IMG/VR virus record: IMGVR_UViG_3300014204_000128 | Location: 49,384-113,383 of that record | DNA: 64,000 bases | Source of the DNA: a virus | Lineage: Duplodnaviria; Caudoviricetes | Direction: 5' to 3' (one strand) | Shown: positions 38,184 through 48,410 of the stretch, piece after piece | Layout: each line of letters begins with the position of its first letter | How positions within the stretch are numbered: the first letter of the stretch is position 1 | Translations under genes and position numbers: made by a program | The notes under the pieces: model-generated | What the model was told of the DNA's origin: nothing | The model's input: only the letters and a program-made list of their open reading frames with translations | Databases searched by the model: none

Positions 38184-39524
38184 ATGGCTAAGATAAAAAT
38201 AAGTCCGATAGAGACTAACTTACTATTTGATTTCAAAAAGGTAGACGGGGCTAAAATTCCTCCAGGATGTCTAGCAGTATTAGAAGGATACGCTACTCTA
38301 TCAGATGATAAATCAAATCGTAACAAACATTTCTATCCTACTGGATTCTGGAATAGCGTGCTTGATAATAACCAGTCAGTCGCTGAAAAACTAGCAACAA
38401 AGACGTTTTTCGGAGCATATAGGCATCCTGAGAAGGAAGAAAGTCCTATACCAGAGTTCGGATCATTCTCTCACAATATACGTGATTACAGGGTTGACAA
38501 GAAAGGTGTATTCGTTACACTCGACGTATTCGATAATACACAAGGTCGGGAATTAAAGCCACTAATTGATTATGGTTCTCAACTTGGAATATCTACAAGA
38601 GCATATGGTGAAGTTCAGGTAGCGAATGATGGTTATAAGACGCCCATTCTAGATAAGTACTTATTTGTTACATGGGATTTGGTATCGTTCCCGGCATTCT
38701 CGGAAACAAGAATGACAAGTGTATCTGATTCAGTTGTAATAGAGGTGGATGATTCAATATTCAACTCTAAGAACAAACAAGAACTACTCGATAGTATCAA
38801 GAAACTTGAGAAGAAAGAAGCCAGGATGCTGTGTGATTACATGGACATAGACTTTAAAGAAATATCAGACTCATTTAGCGGGGAGTGTTCTGGTGGTTGC
38901 TCAGGTAAAACATGTGGTCGTTGCAAAGATAAGAGCAAAGAAGGTGAAACAGACGTTGAAAAAGCTCTGGGTGATGCAATGAATAAGATAGTGGAGTTGG
39001 AAACTGAACTGGGAAAACATCAAGGTTCTGAAGACAGCACTGGATTACAAAATAAAATAGCTATTTTAACTGACGAAAACACCCAGTTAAAAAACAGTAT
39101 CAACTTGAAACAAGACGTTGAAAAAGCAAGGTTGAAAAACTCTGTAGAATTTCTAAAAGAAAAGATACAGGATATGGAAGCAGACAATGCAATTCTTGAA
39201 TCAAAAAATAAAACTCTGCGTTCTATAGTGGATTCAAAACATGCTCAGGTATCAGAACTATCTGAAAAACTAGAGGATGCTCAAACTACATTATCAGAAC
39301 TTAGACAAGAGTTTGATTCTACGCTAAAATTAAAGCAAGCGTTAGAGGATAAACTATCAACAATCAAAGTAACAAATTCACTACAAGATAACTCGGTTAA
39401 AGGTACTACCAATGCTAGTACGAAGGCAGCAAGACCAATGCTCATTGCTGATTCAGTTAAACCTAGTAAAGCCACAAGTGATATCGACAGTATGAAAACA
39501 GTATTCAAAAAATTAAAATCTTAA
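38184..39524 (+). CDS. prohead protease (gp21-like) fused to coiled-coil scaffold
   Basis: NRNKHFYP, GAYRHP (His), LGISTRAYG (Ser), TWDLVSFPAF (Asp); long coiled-coil C-terminus. Confidence 0.88.
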   Translation: MAKIKISPIETNLLFDFKKVDGAKIPPGCLAVLEGYATLSDDKSNRNKHFYPTGFWNSVLDNNQSVAEKLATKTFFGAYRHPEKEESPIPEFGSFSHNIRDYRVDKKGVFVTLDVFDNTQGRELKPLIDYGSQLGISTRAYGEVQVANDGYKTPILDKYLFVTWDLVSFPAFSETRMTSVSDSVVIEVDDSIFNSKNKQELLDSIKKLEKKEARMLCDYMDIDFKEISDSFSGECSGGCSGKTCGRCKDKSKEGETDVEKALGDAMNKIVELETELGKHQGSEDSTGLQNKIAILTDENTQLKNSINLKQDVEKARLKNSVEFLKEKIQDMEADNAILESKNKTLRSIVDSKHAQVSELSEKLEDAQTTLSELRQEFDSTLKLKQALEDKLSTIKVTNSLQDNSVKGTTNASTKAARPMLIADSVKPSKATSDIDSMKTVFKKLKS

Positions 39525-39528
39525 GGGA

Positions 39529-40983
39529 ATGGACTTTTTAGCTTTACAGGCAGACTTTCTAAAGAAAGCTGAACCTATGATGGATAACTACAAGGAGAGA
39601 ATCAATGTAGTAGCAAGTGTGGTTGCTGATTTAAAAAACCCACGCATGACTATGAGCGACTTCGATAAAGCGTCTCTGGCTATGATGTATGACAACATTG
39701 ATAGTACACTACTCAGGTACAAGAAATTGAAGAACTTAAGTGACCGCACTTTCTCTGAAACAGTTGGTCCATACAAAAAACACGCTTACAATATCATAAG
39801 CGCTATGTACACAACTTTAGAGATTCGTGATATTATCTCTATCCAACCATTGCTCCAAAAAAGAGGTGCAATCTATAAAATGATTTACGAGTTCGCATCG
39901 AACAAGGGGTCAATCAGAGAAGGAGACACTATGTTCTCACCTGACAGCGCAGGTAAACGTTCACGCTATTACTCTAGTCAGATAATTGATGGTGAGCCTG
40001 TAGTGTTTACTTTCGATACTACAGACAGTCAAGCTATCCTGGAGTATTTCCCAATTATTAAACCTGAGAAAATAAGTATCGTGGTCACAGGTGGTGCAGC
40101 AGCAGGTACATACACATATTTGAATGCTGTGAATGGCATTTACAACTTGCAGAAAGGTTCTGTAGCAACAGCAGTTGGTACTCTTAACCCTATCAATGGT
40201 CTGTTAACATTACTCGCAGTTGACGCAACAGGTGCTACTAGTACAGTAGCAACATATAACTGGAATAGTGAGAAGTTCTCTAATAACTCACAGATACCAA
40301 GGGTTACAATTGGTGTAACAGAACAAGAGGTAACTGCTGAACGTAGGAACTTGATGATTGATACTATGCTGGATGTGTCTTATGACTTTGAAACCCAGTT
40401 TGGTCAAGCATTGAATTCACAGTTAGAGACTACTGTTATTCAGTACTTACAAAACGAATTCGCATTCAGAATATTAGGTGAAATGTACGATGGTTCGACT
40501 GGTAACGGGGGTACTACATTTACATTCAGTACAACACCTGCTTCTGGTATCACATTGCAAGACCATGCTCAGCAACTTTACAAGATGTTGGCTGAAATGT
40601 CTTCAAAAATCCGTAAGAATGTAGGAAGAGGTTGGGGTAACAAGATTGTCTGTGGTGACAATATGTTAAACTTCCTAAAAGTGCTGTCTGCTGACGAGTT
40701 CGTTCGTGCTCCAAAACCCAAAGGCGATGGACCATACTACGCTGGTAATATCAACGGTGATTATGACGTGTACTACAATCCTGATATACCAGCAACTGGT
40801 TTCATGATGTTGTACAAGGGTGAAACATGGTGGGATGCTGCTTACTACGTTGGTACTTACCTTCCATTAATGAATAGCCAATTCCTACTTTATCCAGACA
40901 TGCACGGTGAGCAAGGGTATATTGCAATGGATTCGTTCTCATACGAGTATCCTCAAATGGTCGTTAAAGGAACTATTAGTTAA
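39529..40983 (+). CDS. major capsid protein (T4 gp23-like)
   Basis: DIISIQPL..KRGAIY, IPRVTIGV..QEVTAERRNL, GWGNKIVC, VYYNP, MLYKG..WDAAYY..YLPL. Confidence 0.9.
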   Translation: MDFLALQADFLKKAEPMMDNYKERINVVASVVADLKNPRMTMSDFDKASLAMMYDNIDSTLLRYKKLKNLSDRTFSETVGPYKKHAYNIISAMYTTLEIRDIISIQPLLQKRGAIYKMIYEFASNKGSIREGDTMFSPDSAGKRSRYYSSQIIDGEPVVFTFDTTDSQAILEYFPIIKPEKISIVVTGGAAAGTYTYLNAVNGIYNLQKGSVATAVGTLNPINGLLTLLAVDATGATSTVATYNWNSEKFSNNSQIPRVTIGVTEQEVTAERRNLMIDTMLDVSYDFETQFGQALNSQLETTVIQYLQNEFAFRILGEMYDGSTGNGGTTFTFSTTPASGITLQDHAQQLYKMLAEMSSKIRKNVGRGWGNKIVCGDNMLNFLKVLSADEFVRAPKPKGDGPYYAGNINGDYDVYYNPDIPATGFMMLYKGETWWDAAYYVGTYLPLMNSQFLLYPDMHGEQGYIAMDSFSYEYPQMVVKGTIS

Positions 40984-40993
40984 TATTCTAAAG

Positions 40994-41015
40994 GGTCTCG
41001 GGTAAAACCGAGACC
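40994..41015 (+). terminator. stem-loop after the capsid gene (weak terminator or mRNA stabiliser)
   Basis: GGTCTCGG-GTAAAA-CCGAGACC with a poor U-tract. Confidence 0.6.
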
Positions 41016-41030
41016 TATCATTTATATTTT

Positions 41031-41639
41031 ATGACATTAGCTGAATTAAAGGCGGACATACAAGCAAAATTTCATCAAAAGTTTGATGAAACATTGATGT
41101 ATGATGAGGAACCAACAACAATTGACATACTCATTAATACTGCAGTTCGCAAGTGTCTAACAAAGTATGAAAAATTTGAGAGTATTGAAATAAGTGCATC
41201 CCAGTATTTGACAAGAGCTCTTTCTATAATCAAGTGTGTTCCATCTGCAAGTGCTGCTAATTCCAATTATAACAGTGTTTGGTACAGTATGAAATTACCA
41301 AATTCACCAACAAGGGTAAATTATTATTTCACACCATCCGACAAGCATTTCAAATTAGTACCCGAAGGTGAAAGTGTCTGGATCGAATACGTTGTAGATC
41401 CAGCAGCAATGACAGTTCTAGATTTGACAGGGCAGTATTACGAGTGGGTTGTAGATTACGCACTCGCTCTACTCAACATAAAAGAAGGAATGATTGGAAC
41501 AACGTCTAAGGTAACAGCTTTACCATTTGAATTTAATTATGAAACAATGGCTAACAATGGTACTCAAAGCAAAAAGGACTTAGAAGATGACTTAAATGAC
41601 ATGTACATGGGTACTTTAGCAATAAGAACGAATAGATAA
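41031..41639 (+). CDS. putative neck/head-tail adaptor (gp13-like)
   Basis: Position after MCP; WVVDYALAL..IKEG motif. Confidence 0.55.
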   Translation: MTLAELKADIQAKFHQKFDETLMYDEEPTTIDILINTAVRKCLTKYEKFESIEISASQYLTRALSIIKCVPSASAANSNYNSVWYSMKLPNSPTRVNYYFTPSDKHFKLVPEGESVWIEYVVDPAAMTVLDLTGQYYEWVVDYALALLNIKEGMIGTTSKVTALPFEFNYETMANNGTQSKKDLEDDLNDMYMGTLAIRTNR

Positions 41640-41666
41640 ATTTAATAATTGGTAAAAAATAAAAAT

Positions 41667-42569
41667 ATGAATTTAGCAGAGCAAATGCTTAAAAAGCTTA
41701 ATGATAGTAATTTAAGCGATCATGTAGTTCCAAATGGGGAATCAATAAACGACAATGCTGGAACTAAGAAACTAGGAAAAGCCATTATGGATAATAATGA
41801 AAACGTTGAAGTAGTGGTTCGTAAGGTCGTTACTAAAGAACAACAAAACGATAATATCTGTATTGAAGCAGAAAATGACATTGTTGAAGTTGGTAACAAG
41901 GTGAAAGAAGGGGAAATTGTAGCATCCGATGGCATTTACTCATTTGATTCAGAAGAGGGTGAGGTTTCATTCCTTGTAAAAGGAGGTATTATTGCAGCTA
42001 TTGGTGATGAAGCAATTAGTGACTTGACCAAAACAGTTGTAAGAAATGGTGTGGTTAGGAAAGTAACTGTCAGAACTGTGAAGAAACGACTGTCATCAGC
42101 ACAACGACAAGCTTTAGTAAAAGCACGCAAGAAAGCAAACACAGGTTCAGCTAAGAAGGCTCGCTTGAAGTCATTCATGAAAGGTATGGCAAAGGGTATT
42201 TACAAGAAAAAACAGATGAACTCTGCTGATCCTTCATACTTTGACATCTCTGGTGTCGACATGAAAGACCTTGGTGATAAACTGTACGAAAGAATTTTCA
42301 AAGCTCTCGCTGACCGTTACGAGTTGACCGAAGAACTCATTACTAAAGTTGAAGAAATGATAGGTGATGAAGTTTGTACCCCAGTTGTAAATGGAAACAA
42401 ACTCACATTTATTGTTCCTGTGTGGACTGAAATGAATGATGAATTAGACTTAGAGAAGTTTGACTTAGCCGAGTTAGTTTATGAGCTACAAGGTGAACAT
42501 GATAGTGATTCTATCAGTGCTATCCTTTTAGAAGGAGAAATGAGTATTGAAACAAGTCTAGTTATCTAA
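41667..42569 (+). CDS. putative prohead core protein
   Basis: Basic segment RLSSAQRQALVKARKKA..AKKARLKS reminiscent of T4-like core proteins; many hydrophobic-x-D sites at the N-terminus. Confidence 0.5.
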   Translation: MNLAEQMLKKLNDSNLSDHVVPNGESINDNAGTKKLGKAIMDNNENVEVVVRKVVTKEQQNDNICIEAENDIVEVGNKVKEGEIVASDGIYSFDSEEGEVSFLVKGGIIAAIGDEAISDLTKTVVRNGVVRKVTVRTVKKRLSSAQRQALVKARKKANTGSAKKARLKSFMKGMAKGIYKKKQMNSADPSYFDISGVDMKDLGDKLYERIFKALADRYELTEELITKVEEMIGDEVCTPVVNGNKLTFIVPVWTEMNDELDLEKFDLAELVYELQGEHDSDSISAILLEGEMSIETSLVI

Positions 42570-42579
42570 TAATAACAGG

Positions 42580-43149
42580 ATGGAAAAGTCACGGGTATAT
42601 GTTGGTAAAATCCATCCAGCTTTTTTCAAGTACTCAGGCATATTCAAAAAGTTTGATAAATCTGAAAACGAAAAAGGTGAGATAGCTCTACGCTCACCTT
42701 TTTTTGTTTTAAGGTATGATTTTGAAACAGGGACATTATTATGCGAAGATAGTGACGTTCTTTTTGACTTCGTTAAATTGATTAAAGACAACTATGGGAC
42801 TAGTGTTACAAGACAAGAACTTGAAGACAGTATAGAATGGCATACGCTGGGTGATAACTGGTCAATATTAAATATAGGTGTATGTGTGCTTGACGACGAT
42901 ATTTCAGGGTGGGACGGGTCTCCAAATTCAATATTTATAGATGGAAATGCTCCAGGAAAGATTGTAGACATACACTCCCAGTTTTGGAATAAAAAAGCAC
43001 TTTACGATGCATGGAAACTAAATGGGGATGACATACAGAAACTAGGAGGTAAGGTAACATTGCCTAATTTGCTAGACTCGCTTGTAATCTATAAGGATGA
43101 TAAAGTGAAACACCAAAAAATAGAAAAGTTAATAAACTCTATACTTTAA
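42580..43149 (+). CDS. hypothetical protein
   Basis: 189-aa ORF in the late operon. Confidence 0.65.
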   Translation: MEKSRVYVGKIHPAFFKYSGIFKKFDKSENEKGEIALRSPFFVLRYDFETGTLLCEDSDVLFDFVKLIKDNYGTSVTRQELEDSIEWHTLGDNWSILNIGVCVLDDDISGWDGSPNSIFIDGNAPGKIVDIHSQFWNKKALYDAWKLNGDDIQKLGGKVTLPNLLDSLVIYKDDKVKHQKIEKLINSIL

Positions 43150-43151
43150 AA

Positions 43152-43619
43152 ATGTCTCTGAATGATGTCATAGTAAGGAACTTGAGGAGGAATACTTTAA
43201 GGGAGTTAAAAAGACTATCAGGTAGAAAAGAAGCATCACACTGCTTATTCTACCCGGCAACAAATACTCTTACTAATGCTCCTATAGTTAAGAGGAACCT
43301 TTATCATGACGTAGTAGATGACACAGGGCCAGCAGTCATCACAGGTATTCCAACAGTAACATATATTGATATAATGCCACCCATAAAGGTGGTAAAGGAA
43401 GCAGGGTGGTGGAAAGAAGGAGATACACTGCCTATTGTAGCATACATAGGTTACGAGGGTGGTGTGGTGCCAGAAAAAGGTGCTAAACTAGAAGTGACAG
43501 ATGCAGGGTACATGAAAGGAATGTATGTCATTCAAAACGTCAAGATGTACGGGAAGGATTCTCCAATAGTGTACATGTGTACTATAACAGCAGATAGAGA
43601 TTCAAAAGTAAACGTTTAG
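43152..43619 (+). CDS. putative head-closure protein
   Basis: Position and beta-rich pattern (GW..EGDTLPIVAYI..PEKGAKLEV). Confidence 0.45.
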   Translation: MSLNDVIVRNLRRNTLRELKRLSGRKEASHCLFYPATNTLTNAPIVKRNLYHDVVDDTGPAVITGIPTVTYIDIMPPIKVVKEAGWWKEGDTLPIVAYIGYEGGVVPEKGAKLEVTDAGYMKGMYVIQNVKMYGKDSPIVYMCTITADRDSKVNV

Positions 43620-43622
43620 GTT

Positions 43623-43898
43623 ATGAAAAATATTTTAGCTAAAAAAGTGATGGACACTCCAGATGTGATGCTAGTTGGAACTCCAGTACAATTACCCAGT
43701 GATTTAAAATCTCTGGTTTCAACAGTGTTTGGTACTAGTGGCAATACTGAAGAAATATCAGGAACATACAGGGTGGAAGTAAAATCTAACGACATAATAG
43801 AAGGTGCTACATTAAAGAAACTGGTGTCAAACCCATCATTTTCTCAAATAAAAGCACAGGGTAAAGGAATGTATTTGATCTGGTTCATTAAAGAATAG
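43623..43898 (+). CDS. hypothetical protein
   Basis: 91 aa; N-terminal KKVMDT motif. Confidence 0.6.
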   Translation: MKNILAKKVMDTPDVMLVGTPVQLPSDLKSLVSTVFGTSGNTEEISGTYRVEVKSNDIIEGATLKKLVSNPSFSQIKAQGKGMYLIWFIKE

Positions 43899-43901
43899 GT
43901 T

Positions 43902-44426
43902 ATGAGATTGCGTCTCCAAGTTGATGTAAAACGGGAGTTCGTGATAGACTACCCAACTAAGAACGCACCCGATGACTTCAAGAAGTTTATGGACTCATTC
44001 TTGAAATGGCAATGTGGTCTAATCATAGAAAGAACCAAAGAAGTTGTCAGAAAAAAACTGTATAATTGGCACCCATTGTCTCCTTCATACGTTAAGTTCA
44101 AAGAGAAGATGGGGTTAGACCCAAGAACATGGTTGGCATCAGGCCAAGTTGAAAAAGCAATACATTACTGGTATAGTCCTCTGGCAGACTCATATTTTAT
44201 AGGTGTACATCCAACACTAAGACATAGGAATTACATAAAAGGTGGGTATGACCAAAAAAAGAAAGGTACTCGGATAATTGACATTATAAGGTATCTAGAA
44301 TTTGGAACAACAAAAATGAAACCAAGACCTTTATTTACAAAGGTTCTTGCAGAATTCAAGTCTAAGAAAAGACAAACTGAATTGTACGCACAATTCATAC
44401 AATTATCAAAAACAGGTGTATTATGA
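43902..44426 (+). CDS. tail completion / virion morphogenesis protein (HK97 gp10-like)
   Basis: WHPLSPSY..K, YLEFGTTKMKPRPLF. Confidence 0.75.
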   Translation: MRLRLQVDVKREFVIDYPTKNAPDDFKKFMDSFLKWQCGLIIERTKEVVRKKLYNWHPLSPSYVKFKEKMGLDPRTWLASGQVEKAIHYWYSPLADSYFIGVHPTLRHRNYIKGGYDQKKKGTRIIDIIRYLEFGTTKMKPRPLFTKVLAEFKSKKRQTELYAQFIQLSKTGVL

Positions 44427-45055
44427 TAGAGTTGACAGATGCAAAAATGGTAGATGAGTTAAGTAGGATATTACAGTTCCCGCTTGACCGAATCATATAT
44501 GGGCAACTCACAACAGCTAAGACATACTGGATGCAGTATAGAAAATCTAATAGTACTAAAGACAACGTTATAGAAGAATTGCCTTACATGGCTTTTTACA
44601 GGACTATAAAATTCCATGAACAGAATAAGAAATCTAGTAGTCTGGAAGTAACTGGGTTTGATGATAAGACAAGTATGCGACATTTCTGCCAATGCATGCT
44701 GAATTACACTGTAGAGGTCATGACTGCAAAAGTAACCCAACAGAATAGTATCATGAAGAGATACATTCTGTGGGCAACTACTGAAGACTGCATACAGTTT
44801 AAAGATGACGCTGGAGTTGATTGGTCATTCAGGGTAATACCTGACGACCCAGAAGACAACTCCGATTTAGAAATGGAAGAAGACTACGGTCGGATAATAA
44901 GAACAACACTCAATATACAGGTTGAAGGGTTATTAATGGAAACAGGCTCTGATGATATAGTTCCCATATTGGACATACTAGCAAAGATACATTTGTATTA
45001 TGATGACAAAGAAGAAGCTATAGAAGCAACTAATATCCAAATAACAGGTAATTAA
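44423..45055 (+). CDS. putative tail terminator (gp15-like)
   Basis: LPYMAFYR, LNYTVEV, DNSDLE, IIRTTLNIQVEG; directly before the sheath gene. Confidence 0.55.
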   Translation: MIELTDAKMVDELSRILQFPLDRIIYGQLTTAKTYWMQYRKSNSTKDNVIEELPYMAFYRTIKFHEQNKKSSSLEVTGFDDKTSMRHFCQCMLNYTVEVMTAKVTQQNSIMKRYILWATTEDCIQFKDDAGVDWSFRVIPDDPEDNSDLEMEEDYGRIIRTTLNIQVEGLLMETGSDDIVPILDILAKIHLYYDDKEEAIEATNIQITGN

Positions 45056-45079
45056 AAACTTTTTGATTTTTTATATATT
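45054..45079 (+). promoter_or_regulatory. putative late promoter (tail operon)
   Basis: AAAAACTT-N9-TTATATATT. Confidence 0.7.
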
Positions 45080-45176
45080 ATCATTAGTTAGAATATAATA
45101 GTGATAATGCTACAATCTACTTAGACATAAATTTAAGTAAAGAAGTAAAATATTACAAATTTTAAAAATAAATAAG

Positions 45177-46742
45177 ATGAGCCCAGGCGTTTTTTATTCG
45201 CAGAAAGACCTTAGTCAGGTAGTCGTAGGAATCGACTCTGATACATTAGCAATTGCAGGAAATGCAAAATGGGGGCCTTCCGATGTACTCACTCCTTTGG
45301 GTGGGTTACAACAATACGTTCAACTTTTCGGGAAACCAACAGTTCCTGAAGAAACTCCTATTTTTTATCAACTATACTTGTGGTACAAACTAGGTAAGTC
45401 TGTATACTATGTAAGACCAAGAGGGAATTCTAAGTTCGGGGGGGCAGAAGCTCAGAAGGCTACAGTGTTCGCAGGCATATCAGCAGGTTTAGACTCATTG
45501 CCAACATCTCCTACAGGGACAAACGTTGTTTCACTATATACTAAATATGCAGGAGAACACGACGGGGGTACTGTAAAAATTTGGATATTTAATGTCGATA
45601 ATACCACAGGTACGTTCGGGATACGTGTAGGAACAAAACTAGATAGTACAGGTGACGACTTGGACACAGGAAGTGAGTGGTTCGAAGAACACAGGGTCTC
45701 AGTAATACGTGGGGCACGTGATGGTTTTGGTAGAAGCATGTACATTAAAGATGTACTTGATAGAGATAGTCAATTACTCGCAGGTCGTGCTAAGGCAAGT
45801 GCATTAGTTGATGATGTTCCTGCAGTTAGTTCCGCATTGATAGCATTAGCTCACAACTCATATGAAGTAGCAACAGAATCTGATGTACTAGCAGCTTATG
45901 AATTATTTAAACCACTTGATGCTGTAACGGTTGACTTAATCATTCCTGGAATGTTCACGACGGCAATCTTAAACAAGTGCGCTGAAGTAGGTATCGCAAG
46001 GGGTGATGCATTCCACATCTTAACTCCATCAGTTGATGAAACATGGGAAGTAGAAGCAATCTCTGGAGCTACTGGCTGGTTGAGTACAATAACAACTAAA
46101 GATTGGACAGGGGCTGCTTACGGTATGTTCTACAAGGTAAAAGATGAGTACAATGATACTGACGTGTATGTACCAGCAGCAGGTTTGATTGCAGGAGCTT
46201 ACTCATACAATGACGTACAAGCTGCACAGTGGTACGCTCCAGCAGGTCCAAAACGTGGTATACAACCAGGTGTTGAACTAGGGTGTGTGTGGGGTACTAC
46301 AGAAAGAGACACTATGTACAGCAGGGGTATTAACTGGGTTAGTAAATCACCACGTTATGGTATCACTATAGAAGGACAGAAAACGCTTTACGGTATAAAC
46401 TCTGCACTTAACAGGGTGAATGTCGCACGTTTGATGCTAAAGATGAAGAGGGACTTGATGACATTCCTGCAAGATTTTGTCTACGAGTTCAACAACACAA
46501 GGAACAGGACTATGATATACAATGGTATAAACAATTACTTGCGAGATATCAAATCACGTGAAGGCTTGTATGACTACCGTGTTGTGTGTGATGAAACTAA
46601 TAACCCTGCATCTATCATAGATGAAAACAAATTAATTGTTGACATTTATGTTAAACCTATCAAGGTTGCTGAGTTCATTTACTTGAGGACGACTATAACA
46701 TCTACAGGTGTCGACTTTGCCAAAATTGTTGCACAAGCATAA
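45177..46742 (+). CDS. contractile tail sheath protein (gp18-like)
   Basis: SPGVF, WGP, WYAPAGPKRG, GQKTL, LNRVNVARL, FEFN-like YEFN, VCDETNN, IYVKPIKVAEFI. Confidence 0.95.
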   Translation: MSPGVFYSQKDLSQVVVGIDSDTLAIAGNAKWGPSDVLTPLGGLQQYVQLFGKPTVPEETPIFYQLYLWYKLGKSVYYVRPRGNSKFGGAEAQKATVFAGISAGLDSLPTSPTGTNVVSLYTKYAGEHDGGTVKIWIFNVDNTTGTFGIRVGTKLDSTGDDLDTGSEWFEEHRVSVIRGARDGFGRSMYIKDVLDRDSQLLAGRAKASALVDDVPAVSSALIALAHNSYEVATESDVLAAYELFKPLDAVTVDLIIPGMFTTAILNKCAEVGIARGDAFHILTPSVDETWEVEAISGATGWLSTITTKDWTGAAYGMFYKVKDEYNDTDVYVPAAGLIAGAYSYNDVQAAQWYAPAGPKRGIQPGVELGCVWGTTERDTMYSRGINWVSKSPRYGITIEGQKTLYGINSALNRVNVARLMLKMKRDLMTFLQDFVYEFNNTRNRTMIYNGINNYLRDIKSREGLYDYRVVCDETNNPASIIDENKLIVDIYVKPIKVAEFIYLRTTITSTGVDFAKIVAQA

Positions 46743-46768
46743 TTAAATAATCGCTAAAAAGAAATAAA

Positions 46769-47263
46769 ATGCCAGGATTACACATATCAGATTTTACCGC
46801 AATAGTCGGTAATCCAGCAAAGCAATTCATGTGGGATGTTTTAATTCCCGCTTTACCTATCAGCTCAATTAAAGCACTGTCATCACAGTTCCCAGGTGTT
46901 GGGTCTACTGATATTGATCTGTACCACTTAGGACAACTTGCTAAGTTTCCTGGAACTGTAGAATATGAACACACGTGGACATGTTCTATAGTAGAATCAG
47001 AGTCAGGGGATGTATTCAATGCAATGTACGAATGGAAACAGCTAGTGCATGACCAGAAAACGGGTGTACAGCAAGACGTGGCTGCATTTAAGCGTGATAT
47101 AACATTGTCAATGCTAACTAGCGCAGGTACACCTTGGGCACGTGTCATACTCAAAGCAGCATATCCTAAGAGTATAGATACTGTTGAGATTGATAAAAGT
47201 GCAAACACTGAAGCATTTAAGTGGAATTTAGTATTTTGTTACGATTGGTGGGAGAAAGCATAA
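46769..47263 (+). CDS. tail tube protein (gp19-like)
   Basis: KFPGTVEY..W..SIVESE, L..AYP, F.YDWW; follows the sheath gene. Confidence 0.85.
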   Translation: MPGLHISDFTAIVGNPAKQFMWDVLIPALPISSIKALSSQFPGVGSTDIDLYHLGQLAKFPGTVEYEHTWTCSIVESESGDVFNAMYEWKQLVHDQKTGVQQDVAAFKRDITLSMLTSAGTPWARVILKAAYPKSIDTVEIDKSANTEAFKWNLVFCYDWWEKA

Positions 47264-47324
47264 TGATATTTAATTAGTTACGCAGTATGTTATAAAGTAA
47301 AAACTTTAATAAAAATGAAAAACA

Positions 47325-48386
47325 ATGGGGTTACAAGTTGGTTCTGCACACAGTGGAAACATAGACGACTTTCAAAAGTTTGCCCTAAGTAGGTTTGCAT
47401 ACAAACATCTTTTTGTAGTAGAAAGTAAAGTAGAGGGGGCTAGTTTGCCCTCTTTATTTGTTTCCAGGGGAACGTTTCCTTTTAACGAGATACAGGCATA
47501 TCCAGTAGAAAGAAATAACTCTAACATCTATTATCCAGAACTTGTAGACTGTAGTCAGCTAGAGATAGAATTTTATGAATCAATGGATAATGCAGTTTCT
47601 GATTTCTTCGAAACATGGAGCAACATGATATTGAATAAGACAGACAAGGGTGATGTAGTATTTAATATTCCAAGCAAGTTCAAGAAAGACATTTATATGT
47701 TCAGGTTAGATACTATGCCGAAAGGAGACAGTAATGAATTCGCTCGTGTATTCGGGTATGTATATGAAGACTGTTTCCCTATAAGGATAACAGATTACCC
47801 ATTAGACATGGCTGATCCTGGAGTTGTATCCCTGGGAATTACTTTCTCATGTGATAATGTTAGAAGACTTTCTAGTGGTCATGGAATAACAAGTCCAAAG
47901 ATACTAGACAGGGGTGCAATAAGGATGGATACTAGTCCGTTGAATATAGAACAGAAACCACAACCTGCCACACAACTGGTCAGCGACAATCCTATACAGG
48001 GTAAAAACATAGACCAGCAGATAAAACAGCAAGAAATGGTAAGCGACAACCCTATACAGGGTAAGATGAATGAAACAGAAAGTAGGGATACGCAGTTAAA
48101 GAAAGCAGAAGCATTATGGTTAGAAAAAGAAACTAATTTCAGAAGTGCAGCTGCGGACACACAGGTACGGGCAAGCGCAGCACGTGCAGAGGGATATGGC
48201 TTGTGGGTAAGTGCTCTATTAAAGGCAGCAGCAGAAACGGGGATAAACATCGGTATACGAGAAGCTGCTTACATGGCATACGCAGCAGCCAAGAAAGTAG
48301 GTGCTGAAGGGATATTCGGTGGTGGTGTCGGTAAAGTTGTTACTGAAACAAAGAAAAACATACCTGGGGCAGTCGAACCACAATAA
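47325..48386 (+). CDS. tube-fold baseplate/tail-tube initiator-like protein with C-terminal extension
   Basis: LEIEFYES..FFETW..., YEDCFP tube-like fold; contains a 20-aa repeat. Confidence 0.6.
   Translation: MGLQVGSAHSGNIDDFQKFALSRFAYKHLFVVESKVEGASLPSLFVSRGTFPFNEIQAYPVERNNSNIYYPELVDCSQLEIEFYESMDNAVSDFFETWSNMILNKTDKGDVVFNIPSKFKKDIYMFRLDTMPKGDSNEFARVFGYVYEDCFPIRITDYPLDMADPGVVSLGITFSCDNVRRLSSGHGITSPKILDRGAIRMDTSPLNIEQKPQPATQLVSDNPIQGKNIDQQIKQQEMVSDNPIQGKMNETESRDTQLKKAEALWLEKETNFRSAAADTQVRASAARAEGYGLWVSALLKAAAETGINIGIREAAYMAYAAAKKVGAEGIFGGGVGKVVTETKKNIPGAVEPQ
47943..48065 (+). repeat. 60-bp-period tandem repeat (VSDNPIQGK x2) within gene
   Basis: GGTCAGCGACAATCCTATACAGGGTAA and GGTAAGCGACAACCCTATACAGGGTAA, exactly 60 nt apart. 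Confidence 0.85.
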
Positions 48387-48410
48387 AATATCAATATACA
48401 AATACTGGTT

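Noticed and set aside
47432-47456. GC hairpin AGAGGGGGC...GCCCTCT followed by T-rich sequence
   Set aside because: It is imperfect and inside a coding region, so it cannot be supported as a terminator, although attenuation after the tube gene is possible.
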